Part shown: positions 20,363-29,800 of the stretch, piece by piece
Position numbering within the stretch: position 1 is the stretch's first letter
Layout of the letters: every line of letters begins with the position of its first letter
Source: Candidatus Caldarchaeum sp.
GTDB taxonomy: Archaea; Thermoproteota; Nitrososphaeria_A; Caldarchaeales; Caldarchaeaceae
DNA length: 64,000 nt
Direction of reading: 5' to 3'
Assembly (NCBI GenBank): GCA_033580815.1
Contig: JAVQUC010000002.1
Location: forward strand, 4,259 to 68,258
The notes under the pieces: model-generated
The model's input: the letters and a program-made list of their open reading frames with translations, nothing else
What the model was told of the DNA's origin: nothing
The model's database searches: none
Program-made: the position numbers and the translations under genes

Positions 20363-21907
20363 TTGGGATGGAAAATGGACGAACATGTAAATCTAGTCGA
20401 GATGAAAGGGATAGTTAAGCGTTTCCCAAACGTTATCGCTAACAACAACGCAAACTTCACGCTTCGAAGGGGTGAGGTCCACGCCCTTCTCGGAGAAAAC
20501 GGGGCGGGAAAATCGACTTTGATGAATGTCTTGTACGGCATCTACAAGCCCGACGCGGGCGAAATCTACGTTGAAGGGAAAAAGGTGGAAATCAAAGGCC
20601 CTAGGGACGCTTTGAAGCTGGGGATAGGAATGGTTCATCAACAGTTCAAGCTCATCCCAGTTCACACCGTGGCCGAGAACGTGATACTAGGGTTGAAGGA
20701 GATGGGTTTCTTTCTCGACAGCCGGAAAATCAACCGCGAACTCGGCCGGGTAATTGCGAGCTATGGATGGAAGATTTCTCCGGAAGCAAAGGTTTGGCAG
20801 TTGTCGGCCGGTGAAAAACAGCAGGTCGAGCTTTTGAAGGCATTGTTCAGAAACGTCAAGATATTGATTCTCGACGAACCGACCTCAGTTCTTACTCCTC
20901 AGGAAACGGTCGTATTTTTTCAAACCCTCCGGAAAATGGCTTCCCAAGGTCTCGGAATAGTTTTGATCACCCACAAACTTGAGGAAGTTTTCTCTGTGGG
21001 TGACAGAGTCACGGTGATGCGTGGGGGAGAGACTGTCGCGACCAAAGACGTCAAGGACACAAACATCGAGGAATTGGTTGAGTTGATGATCGGGCGGCCG
21101 TTGCTGAAAATTGCTCCCGCGCGTAAACTGGTCAAGGACAATCCGGTGTTGCAGGTTTTGAACTTGGTGGTGCTGAACGACAAGGGCCTCGAAGCTGTGC
21201 GAAGGGTTTCCTTCAAGCTTTTCAGGGGCGAGATAATGGGCATAGCAGGTGTTTCGGGAAACGGTCAGCAAGAACTTCTTGAAGCAATTGCGGGCCTCCG
21301 AAAAACCGTGTCTGGGAAGATACTGCTTGACGGAGTCGAAATCACCAACAAGCATCCAGCGGATATCATTTCAGCCGGCGTAAGCTACATCCCCGCCGAG
21401 GCACTAAGATATTGCGCACCAGAAATGACTGTCGCGGAAAACCTCGTCCTCAAAGCCTACCGAAACCCGGATTTCTCGAACAAGCTCCTGATAAACTGGA
21501 AGACCGTCGAAAGAAAATCGTCGGAGCTGGTGAATTACTTCCGAATTGTCACGCCATCGATTAAAAACAGGGTGGGAAATCTATCGGGAGGAAACGTGCA
21601 GAGGCTCGTGCTCGCCCGAGAACTCGGCACCCACCCGAACCTCCGCGTAATCCTCGCGGCCTACCCCACGCGTGGCCTTGACATTGCATCGACGGAGGCA
21701 ATTCATCAAGAATTGATAAGAAGATCTGAGCAGGGTGTTGCGATTCTGCTTGTGTCGGAAGAACTCGAGGAATTGGTTGCGCTGTGCGACCGAATAACGG
21801 TCATGTACAGGGGGGAGTTGGTCGGTGTGGTTGAAAGAGGCCTCTATGACGTAGAGGAAATCGGGCTGATGATGACGGGCGTGAAGAAGATGGAGGTGAG
21901 TGCCTGA
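20363..21907 (+). CDS. ABC transporter ATP-binding protein with duplicated ATPase domains (514 aa)
   Basis: Two Walker A motifs (GENGAGKST; GVSGNGQQE), LSGGxxQ signatures and Walker B ILDEPT. Confidence 0.85.
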   Translation: MGWKMDEHVNLVEMKGIVKRFPNVIANNNANFTLRRGEVHALLGENGAGKSTLMNVLYGIYKPDAGEIYVEGKKVEIKGPRDALKLGIGMVHQQFKLIPVHTVAENVILGLKEMGFFLDSRKINRELGRVIASYGWKISPEAKVWQLSAGEKQQVELLKALFRNVKILILDEPTSVLTPQETVVFFQTLRKMASQGLGIVLITHKLEEVFSVGDRVTVMRGGETVATKDVKDTNIEELVELMIGRPLLKIAPARKLVKDNPVLQVLNLVVLNDKGLEAVRRVSFKLFRGEIMGIAGVSGNGQQELLEAIAGLRKTVSGKILLDGVEITNKHPADIISAGVSYIPAEALRYCAPEMTVAENLVLKAYRNPDFSNKLLINWKTVERKSSELVNYFRIVTPSIKNRVGNLSGGNVQRLVLARELGTHPNLRVILAAYPTRGLDIASTEAIHQELIRRSEQGVAILLVSEELEELVALCDRITVMYRGELVGVVERGLYDVEEIGLMMTGVKKMEVSA

Positions 21908-21910
21908 CGA

Positions 21911-22978
21911 ATGTCTATATCGTTTAAGCTGGAAAGAAGGGGTGAAGTATCCCGGAAATTCTCCGCCATCGTCAGTGCTTTCTTTCTGCTGGCGGGCTTG
22001 CTGTTCGCGAGCTTGATATTCGAACTTCTCGGAGTTAGCGCCGTCGAGACTTTCTCCCGTGTCGTCAGTGTCTTCACGAGTCAGTCATCTTTGATGCAAG
22101 CGATTCTCCGCGGTCTGCCCATAGGGTTTGCAGCGCTAGGGCTCTGCCTTGCTTTCAAAATGAACTTTTGGAACATCGGAGCAGAAGGCCAGATGTACAT
22201 GGGAATGACCGCTGCAACGGGCGTCGTCCTTCTACACGCATACTACGGATACCTCCCAGACTTTCTCGTTTTCCCGGTAATGGTAGCGGCAGCATTCGCG
22301 GCCGGTGGCCTGTACTGCACTTTGCCAGCGTTCTTGAAGGCGAGGTTTGGAGTTAACGAGATTCTACCCACCCTCATGCTCAATTACATCGCGATGCATT
22401 TCGTCAACTTCCTCATCACAGGGCCGTGGAGAGACCCACAAGGGTTTGGGTTCCCGCTCTCCATAGTCTTCCCGCCCTACGCGCGAATGGAGACTTTTCT
22501 AGGCCACGCAAACTACGTCGGCCTGCCGTCGGCTTTCATCGCAGCCGCTCTAATCTTCGGGCTTCTTCAGAAAACGCCCGCTGGGTTCGAAATGCGTGTT
22601 CTCGGACAGAATTTTGAGGCGGCGCGTTATGCAGGTGTTAGAATCGGCCGCACTCTTCTGACGGGCAGCATGATAGCTGGCGGATTAGCGGGAATAGGAG
22701 GCCTCGTGATCGTGAGTGCTCTGCTCGGAAGGCTGAGGCCCGGCGCTCCGGCTGGCTACGGATACACGGCTATAATCATAGCATTCCTAGCATCCTTGAA
22801 CCCATGGCTTGCTGTTCCCGCCGCCATATTTTTCGGAGCCCTTCTGGTCGCCGGCGACGTCATCCAAGCAACCCTAAACCTACCCTTCGCGGCCGTCCAG
22901 ATTTTTCAGTCAACGATATTCTTGATGATAATTCTCGGAGAGTTCTTCAAACGCTATAGGATTAGGGTGATCAGATGA
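21911..22978 (+). CDS. ABC transporter permease (355 aa)
   Basis: Multi-TM protein in the operon. Typical nucleoside/sugar permease arrangement. Confidence 0.7.
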   Translation: MSISFKLERRGEVSRKFSAIVSAFFLLAGLLFASLIFELLGVSAVETFSRVVSVFTSQSSLMQAILRGLPIGFAALGLCLAFKMNFWNIGAEGQMYMGMTAATGVVLLHAYYGYLPDFLVFPVMVAAAFAAGGLYCTLPAFLKARFGVNEILPTLMLNYIAMHFVNFLITGPWRDPQGFGFPLSIVFPPYARMETFLGHANYVGLPSAFIAAALIFGLLQKTPAGFEMRVLGQNFEAARYAGVRIGRTLLTGSMIAGGLAGIGGLVIVSALLGRLRPGAPAGYGYTAIIIAFLASLNPWLAVPAAIFFGALLVAGDVIQATLNLPFAAVQIFQSTIFLMIILGEFFKRYRIRVIR

Positions 22979-23955
22979 TCGACATCGGGTTTGTTGAATC
23001 AGTTCTGGCCGGGGCAGTCGCTGCCGGAACGGTTTTTCTCCTCGCCTCCCTCGGTGAAACCTACGCGGAAAGGGCGGGAGTCCTCAACCTCGGAATGGAG
23101 GGAATGATGATCATGGGAGCGGCGGTTTCATACATTTTCACCAACGCCATGGGGCACGGAGCTGCTTTGCTGATGGTTCTGATAATGGGCGTGTTGATGG
23201 GCCTTCTTCACGCCTTTTTCACCGTCAGCCTCAAGCTAAACCAAGTCGTCGTGGGGTTGGCGGTGACTATTCTCGGTCTCGGGTTGAGCGGGTTGTTGGC
23301 CTCGGCGGAAATACGGGCTCGAATCATACTAGCTTTGAACCCAGAGGCGACGAGGGCTGTTATCGCTTCGCAGGAGGCGCCAAAGTTGCCTCTGATACCG
23401 GTCGCGGGCCTCAAGGACATCCCGATAATCGGTCCGATGTTCTTCAACCACAACGCCCTCGTCTATTTCTCCCTCGTCCTCAGCCTTTTGATGTGGTTCG
23501 TTCTGTTCAAAACGAGGTTTGGTCTGAGCATCCGTTCCTGCGGTGAAAACCCTTCCATGGCAGACACGCTGGGAATAAACGTGTACTTCATGAGGTATGT
23601 TTCAATGGTTGTCTGCGGCATGCTGGGTTGCCTGGCGGGTGCTTACCTCTTCATCGGGTACCAGCCCTTCTGGGTGGAAGGGATGACTCAGGGCCGGGGC
23701 TTCATATCGCTTGCGCTCGTCATCCTAGCGACGTGGAACCCGTTAAGGGCCGTGCTCGGAGCCTATCTCTTTGGAGGCGTGGAAGCACTGCAGTTTCGGC
23801 TACAGGTGCTCGGAGTCGCAGCTCAGCTTCCGTATTTTCTGCTAATGCTCCCCTACGCCGTGACCATCATAACGTTGACGTTGCTATCTCTCGAATCCGT
23901 GAGAAAAAGGGTAGGAGTTCCAGCGGCTTTGGGCATTCCCTACTCCCGTGAATAA
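22975..23955 (+). CDS. ABC transporter permease (326 aa)
   Basis: Multi-TM protein. Its start overlaps the stop of the previous permease. Confidence 0.7.
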   Translation: MIDIGFVESVLAGAVAAGTVFLLASLGETYAERAGVLNLGMEGMMIMGAAVSYIFTNAMGHGAALLMVLIMGVLMGLLHAFFTVSLKLNQVVVGLAVTILGLGLSGLLASAEIRARIILALNPEATRAVIASQEAPKLPLIPVAGLKDIPIIGPMFFNHNALVYFSLVLSLLMWFVLFKTRFGLSIRSCGENPSMADTLGINVYFMRYVSMVVCGMLGCLAGAYLFIGYQPFWVEGMTQGRGFISLALVILATWNPLRAVLGAYLFGGVEALQFRLQVLGVAAQLPYFLLMLPYAVTIITLTLLSLESVRKRVGVPAALGIPYSRE

Positions 23956-23957
23956 AC

Positions 23958-25529
23958 ATGACAGGCGAAGAGAGAATTATCCCTAAAACAATGAGTTCCC
24001 AACACCCGGACAACGTTTCGAGCCCGCCTTGGCTGGACAAACCTCTGATTTCCGGGGACGATGAAGTCGAGGAGGTTTTCCAGAGTTGGACGAGGTTGGG
24101 ATGCATGGAGGCTATGTGGGACGCTGAAGGCAAAGACGTCGACCTCAACGTTGTGCGAAAACTTCTCACGAAACACGGCGATTTCTTCCGTGAAAAGATC
24201 ATCGGCCGTGATTACTTTCTCACGTACAGAATACCCAATCCATCCGTTGAGACAGGCGACAGAAAGGTTTTCTTCGAAACTCTTCAAAGCATACCGAAGC
24301 ATTACGACGTCTGCCAAGCCTTCTACGGCTCAAAGGCCATACCTCCTGTATTCGAGGTCATTCTACCTTTTACGAAATCACATCATCAAATGGTCCAGGT
24401 CCTAAACACCTACAAGAGGGCAGTTGTTCAGCTTGAAGACGTTTTCATCGACTACCCAGACGTAAAGCTGAGGGACGTCATCGGAAAAATCTACCCGGAA
24501 AAAATTGAGGTCATCCCACTCTTCGAAGACCTGGAAAGCATACTCGGCATAGAAACGATCATAGGAAGGTTCATCGAGCTGGCTTCCCCACGTTACCTAC
24601 GCGTTTTTATCGCAAGGTCAGACCCTGCTTTGAACAACGGCCTCGTAGCCGCGACGCTGATGGCCAAGCTCGCCCTTGAAAAAGTTTTCCAAGTCCAAGA
24701 GAACACCGGAATCACCATTTATCCTATAATCGGGGTTGGAACACTGCCCTTCCGAGGAGGCCTCAACCCATTCGACGTAGAAAAATTTCTGAACGACTAC
24801 GGAAAAGTTTCAACCGTAACTATTCAGTCGGCATTCCGCTACGATTATCCCGAGCAAAAAGTTGTCGAAGCCGTTAACTACCTGAACAAGAACCTTCCGA
24901 TCGAAAAATCATCGACCTTCATCGAGAACGAGAATGTTTTGGCGAAAGTCGTTGAAAAAGCTTCGGAGAGTTACCGTGTGTTTGCGGAAGCGGCGGCACC
25001 GACGATAGCCAGCATTTCTGCCCTTGTTCCTCCGAGAAGGATGCGCAAGCTTCACATCGGTGCTTTCGCTTATTCCCGTAGAATCGGCAACGTCGAGCTT
25101 CCGAGGGCCATCCCATACGCATGCAGTTACTACAGCTTGGGTATGCCGCCTGAATTCATAGGGCTCCGTTTTCTCCAAAATTTGTCCGAAGAGGAATACT
25201 CCCTTCTGATCGACTACTACAAAGGCCTTAAAGAGGGTTTACGGAAAGTCGCCCCACTACTATGCTTCGAAAACATCAACCTCCTATTGGGAGGAGAGGC
25301 AAACCACAAAAACGAACTCAAAGCACTGATAGCAGCGCTACCGTACTACGTGGAAGACCTCGAAACGCTCGAAAACATGCTGAACATCAAAACAGGGCCT
25401 CGAACCCTTTCCGAAAGAAAATACAACAACATCGTCAACAACTTCCTGATATCTTACATCGAAAACGACCATCAGTCGGCGCGTCAGGAGCTCCTCAGGG
25501 CTGCTGAAATCAGGAGATGTTTGGGCTAG
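23958..25529 (+). CDS. ppcA: Archaeal-type phosphoenolpyruvate carboxylase (523 aa)
   Basis: N-terminal IPKTMSSQHPDN matches the archaeal PEPC N-terminus (…TMSTQHPDN…). The length is about 500 aa. Confidence 0.75.
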   Translation: MTGEERIIPKTMSSQHPDNVSSPPWLDKPLISGDDEVEEVFQSWTRLGCMEAMWDAEGKDVDLNVVRKLLTKHGDFFREKIIGRDYFLTYRIPNPSVETGDRKVFFETLQSIPKHYDVCQAFYGSKAIPPVFEVILPFTKSHHQMVQVLNTYKRAVVQLEDVFIDYPDVKLRDVIGKIYPEKIEVIPLFEDLESILGIETIIGRFIELASPRYLRVFIARSDPALNNGLVAATLMAKLALEKVFQVQENTGITIYPIIGVGTLPFRGGLNPFDVEKFLNDYGKVSTVTIQSAFRYDYPEQKVVEAVNYLNKNLPIEKSSTFIENENVLAKVVEKASESYRVFAEAAAPTIASISALVPPRRMRKLHIGAFAYSRRIGNVELPRAIPYACSYYSLGMPPEFIGLRFLQNLSEEEYSLLIDYYKGLKEGLRKVAPLLCFENINLLLGGEANHKNELKALIAALPYYVEDLETLENMLNIKTGPRTLSERKYNNIVNNFLISYIENDHQSARQELLRAAEIRRCLG

Positions 25530-26095
25530 CGGGATGCCAAAGCTACCCTTTCTAACTCGGTTTTCTTCTTGACGGCGAAGCTTTTGCTGTCTTTTTCGGA
25601 TGCCAGAATGATTTCGTCGGCCAGACACTCGTCGATGGTTTTTCTGGTCCTGAAAGAGTTCTCTCGAGCAGCTTGAGCTATGTTTCGAAGGGCGAGGTCA
25701 ACGCGACGCTGTGGGCTGATGTCGACTGCCTTAAAATACACTATGCCGCCGTAGCTGAGACGAGTTACATCTTCGAGCGGAGCAGCATTTTCGACAGCTC
25801 TCACCAAAACCTCAACAGGGTTCTTCCCTGTCCGTAGATGAATAATCCACAGAGCATTCTTGACAGCGGACAAAGCCTTAGTTTTCTTACCGCCATTCTT
25901 TCCCGGCCTCATCAACATGTTGGCTAGCCGCTCTACAATGTTCACTTCAGCCTTGGCGAAACGCCTGTGCTCATGCCTGCCGCCTGAATGCGGAACCGCC
26001 ATTGGCTTCAACGAGATGTATTTCTTTAGTCCTTCATCTAGGACTTCGATGCCTTCGACACTCCAGATACCGAAAAGCTTCAGCTGCTCTGACAA
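25526..26095 (-). CDS. rps7: 30S ribosomal protein S7 (uS7)
   Basis: KLFGIWSVEG… HSGGRHE… YGGIVYFKAVDISPQRRVDLALR are typical archaeal S7 blocks. TTG start. Confidence 0.9.
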   Translation of the reverse strand: MSEQLKLFGIWSVEGIEVLDEGLKKYISLKPMAVPHSGGRHEHRRFAKAEVNIVERLANMLMRPGKNGGKKTKALSAVKNALWIIHLRTGKNPVEVLVRAVENAAPLEDVTRLSYGGIVYFKAVDISPQRRVDLALRNIAQAARENSFRTRKTIDECLADEIILASEKDSKSFAVKKKTELERVALASR

Positions 26096-26133
26096 CCTGA
26101 GGAAAAAACCGAACCGCCTTATTTAATTCTATT

Positions 26134-26568
26134 TCACTGGACCGCGACGCTCTCGATGTTGAAATGTCTCTTGGCCAGAAGTCTGGCGAGGTTGATGTTT
26201 TTCCCGTCTTTCCCGATCGCCACCCCTTTGTCCCTCGGGTTGACGGTCACAACCGCTATCTTCTTGCCGTCAGGCCTTTCCGTAAGCCTAACGGGGTCTA
26301 TGACCTCCGCTGGATGAAGGAGGTTCTTGATGAAGGTCGCCGCGTCGGTCGTATACTCGACGACCTTTATCCTTTTTCTGAAAATCCTCACGAGCTCCTT
26401 AATCTTTGCTCCATGACCAGCCAAGGCCTTCCTCAGATCGCCTTGGCGGACAACGAAAGTAAGCAGATCATCATCGTCTACGCAGTCGACCACGGCTGCT
26501 CCAGTCAAAGCTTCAAACATCTGGATGTACTTGATTTCTTTTTCGGTTAGCTTTATTCCCTCTCCCAA
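26134..26568 (-). CDS. nusA: Archaeal NusA-like transcription termination protein (two KH domains), 144 aa
   Basis: Size, KH-type GKDGKNI motif, and position between L30e and S7 in the conserved cluster. Confidence 0.75.
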   Translation of the reverse strand: MGEGIKLTEKEIKYIQMFEALTGAAVVDCVDDDDLLTFVVRQGDLRKALAGHGAKIKELVRIFRKRIKVVEYTTDAATFIKNLLHPAEVIDPVRLTERPDGKKIAVVTVNPRDKGVAIGKDGKNINLARLLAKRHFNIESVAVQ

Positions 26569-26879
26569 CGGTTTTCACTCCTTGCTTTGTCGACGATGTC
26601 GGAACTGCCAGGGTCGAGCACTGCTATGAAAGAGGTTGGGAAGGGTTTTCGGAGGGAGAGACCAAGGTCAGATGGCGTAAGGTCGGTCAGAAGAACCGGG
26701 ACATCCATGGCTTTTGCAAAGACCTGCAGCTTGCTGATGAGGACCGGGTCTGTTCTCTTAGAAGCCACGACCACCAACGCTTTTTTGTCCTCGATTTTCT
26801 TTAGGGCTTCCTTGAAGCCGACGACGTAAGAACCAGTTCTACTGACAACTTGGAGCGACTGCTTCAAGTCCATGCTCAT
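26553..26879 (-). CDS. rpl30e: 50S ribosomal protein L30e
   Basis: 108-aa protein (…SRTGSYVVGFKEALKKIEDKKALVVVAS…) typical of L30e, placed directly after rpoA. Confidence 0.85.
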   Translation of the reverse strand: MSMDLKQSLQVVSRTGSYVVGFKEALKKIEDKKALVVVASKRTDPVLISKLQVFAKAMDVPVLLTDLTPSDLGLSLRKPFPTSFIAVLDPGSSDIVDKARSENRWERE

Positions 26880-29800
26880 CCACCCCTCTCGTGACTCATC
26901 AACAGAGTAACCATGCCGGTGCCAACTGGGATTTCTCTGCCGATAAGGATTCTCTCAACGTTCCCTTTCAGGTTGTCGACCTCTCCTCTTGCTGCAGCCT
27001 CCAGAAGTGTTTGGACGCTGATTTCATAGGCGGCCCTCGCTAACACGCTGCTCTTAAGCTTAACAACACCATGTCTCCCAATTTGCCTCACACTACCGCT
27101 CACAGTCATCATATCGGCCAAAAGCAACAGATGTCTGATGTCAACGTCTAGACCTTGGTCTTCAAGCACCTCCCTCGACTCCTCGACGATGGCGTTGCGA
27201 GCAGCTTCAACACCGAAGACTTCAGCGATTTCGTAGATGTCGTTGGTCTTGATTCTTCTCCAGTCGACTCCAGGAATCTCCATCACTTCTTTGAGGTTCG
27301 ACCCCTCTGTTCTAATGACGTATTCGTCCTTCTCCTTGAAAACGGTCGCCTTCTTTATCCGTCGAATTCCCTTAACTTTAATCAACGAAACTCTTTCCCT
27401 GATCTTGGCGATGTCCGAAAGCCCCTCCTCGTCAAGCTTGACAGATATTATGTAATTATCGGGGTCGTATACTGCTTCGATTCCCTTGATCGCTTTTTCG
27501 ATGTCCTTCTTAGTAACACCGTGTTCTTCTAACAGTTTCGGTTCTACCTTGAATTCCGCGGTGCCTTTTCTGTAGTTGACCACAACTCCTGAAATCAGGT
27601 CGCCGAGCGTAGTGTACTGTATTTGTTTGGCGAGACGCCGGGCCTTCGTCAAGTTGGTCGCGTACTCTGGAGTGAGCGGAATATACATTATAGGTGTAGA
27701 AGGAGTCCGCCGGGCGTCGACAATCTCAATTAGCCTTGGAAGCCCCTTTAGAATGCTCTGCTCACCCACTCCCGCGAAGTGGAAAGTTCTAAGGGTGAGC
27801 TGTGTTCCCGGCTCCCCTATGGACTGGGCCGTCACAACTCCGACAGCGTCTCCGGGCTCGGCCAAGGAGTCCACGAATCTGTTAACTGTTTCGGCGACTA
27901 TTCGGTCGACCGCTTCAGCTGAAGGAATTTTATTCAAAAGCTCCTGCCTTAGTTCTTCGAATATTTTCTTGGGAAGACTACTCTCAACTTCTCCGAGTTT
28001 CTTTGTTATGTATTCCTCGGTGGCTGGCTCGGCCGTTGGTACTTTCGCGAGAACAGAGTTAATTATGTTGGATATCGTGACGGCTTTTCCGTGGTCTGAT
28101 TTTGCAGGGTCGACTCCATCTTCTCCGTAGGCAAATTGGATTATCCTGCCCTCATCAGCGGTCCTGACTGTTCCGTCGTAGTCGATGTAAAGTGACTCAA
28201 GCGCGTTGATTAGTCTCCGCTGCATGTAGCCGCTTTGCTGTGTTCGAACTGCCGTGTCGACCAGCCCGTCTCTTCCACCGACTGCGTGGAAGAAGAACTC
28301 TACCGGGTCGAGGCCCGAAACGAAGGAGTTGTAGACGAAGCCACGGGCTCTAGGCGACATGTCACCCGGCTTGAAAAAGGTCAAAACTCTGCCGCGGAAT
28401 CCCCTGTGAACTCTCTCTCTTCTGACAGACTGCTGTCCAACCACTGCTATCATCTGGTCAAGGTTAAGCATCGTACCTCTGGCACCCGTTTTAGCCATTA
28501 TGAAGGCGGAACTATCCTGGGATATCTTCGACCTGATCAGTCGGCCCGCGGAATCTCTCGCATCGCTCAAGATTTTCAACACGTCGGCTTCAAAAGCCTG
28601 CTGCTCCGTCATTCCCGGTGGAATTTCCTTCTGCCCAGCTTCGTATTCTCCGCGCAGTTTTATGAAAGCGTTTTCGGATTTTCTGAAAATCTGTTGGATG
28701 TCGGATTGGATCTCGGGGGGTACCTGGAGGTCGTCTATTGCGAACGAGAAGCCCTTGATTTCGATGAATGTGTTTGCGAGGCGGACGACGTTGTCTAGAA
28801 ATTCTCTGGCCGTCTCTGGTCCATAGTCCCTTGCAAGCCTGTGGAGAATGCTGTTGGCTTTCTCAACTCCGACTGACCCCTTGTCGATGACGCCGCTGAC
28901 GAGTTCCCCGTTTTTTACCAGAACATCCAAGTTGTTGAATGAAGATTTTGTTACATGGTTGAAATCTTTGGGCAACAGTAGGCTGAAGACCTGCTTGCCT
29001 GTCCACATCGGCTCGGGTGATTTGATGGCCGGCTCCGGAATATCGCCCTTGTACTTGATGGATGCTAAGAGACGGGCCAACTCTGATTTCGTTAGCTTAG
29101 TATCGTCTTTCGTGAGCAGATAAAGTGACGTGAGGAAATCGCGTATCACTCCGATAATGGGTGCTCCGTATCTTGGTGAGATGATGTTGTTTTCCACGAC
29201 GAGTAGTTCGCGCGCTTCCGTCTGTGCTTCTTCGCTCTGGGGGACATGAAGGTTCATTTCGTCTCCGTCGAAGTCGGCGTTGTAGGGGGTGCAAACCGCC
29301 GGGTTGAGCCGGAGCGTCTTGTAGGGTAGAACCTTGACGTAGTGGGCCATGATCGACATTCTGTGAAGAGATGGTTGGCGGTTGAAAAGCACGATGTCCC
29401 CGTCCTGCAGATGTCTTTCCACGATGTAGCCCGGCTCAAGGGCTGCGGCTAGTTCCTCCAAGTTGGATACGAATTTCAGCCTCACTCTTTTGCCGTCAGG
29501 TCTCACGATGTATTTGGCGCCCGGATACTTGTCCGAGCCGTTGCGGACGAGGTTCCTCATTTTTTCGAGGTTCCACACAGTTACTCTTTCAGCAACCGTC
29601 AACTGCATCGCTATTTCGAGGGGAACTCCGACTTCGTTGATTCGGATGTTGGGGTCCGGGGAGATTACCGTGCGGGCCGAGAAGTCAACACGCTTGCCCG
29701 AGAGATTGAGCCGGAACCTTCCCTCCTTTCCTTTAAGTCTTTGTGCAAGGGTTTTCAAAACTCTGCCAGACCTATGTTTCGCAGGGGAAACTCCGACGGC

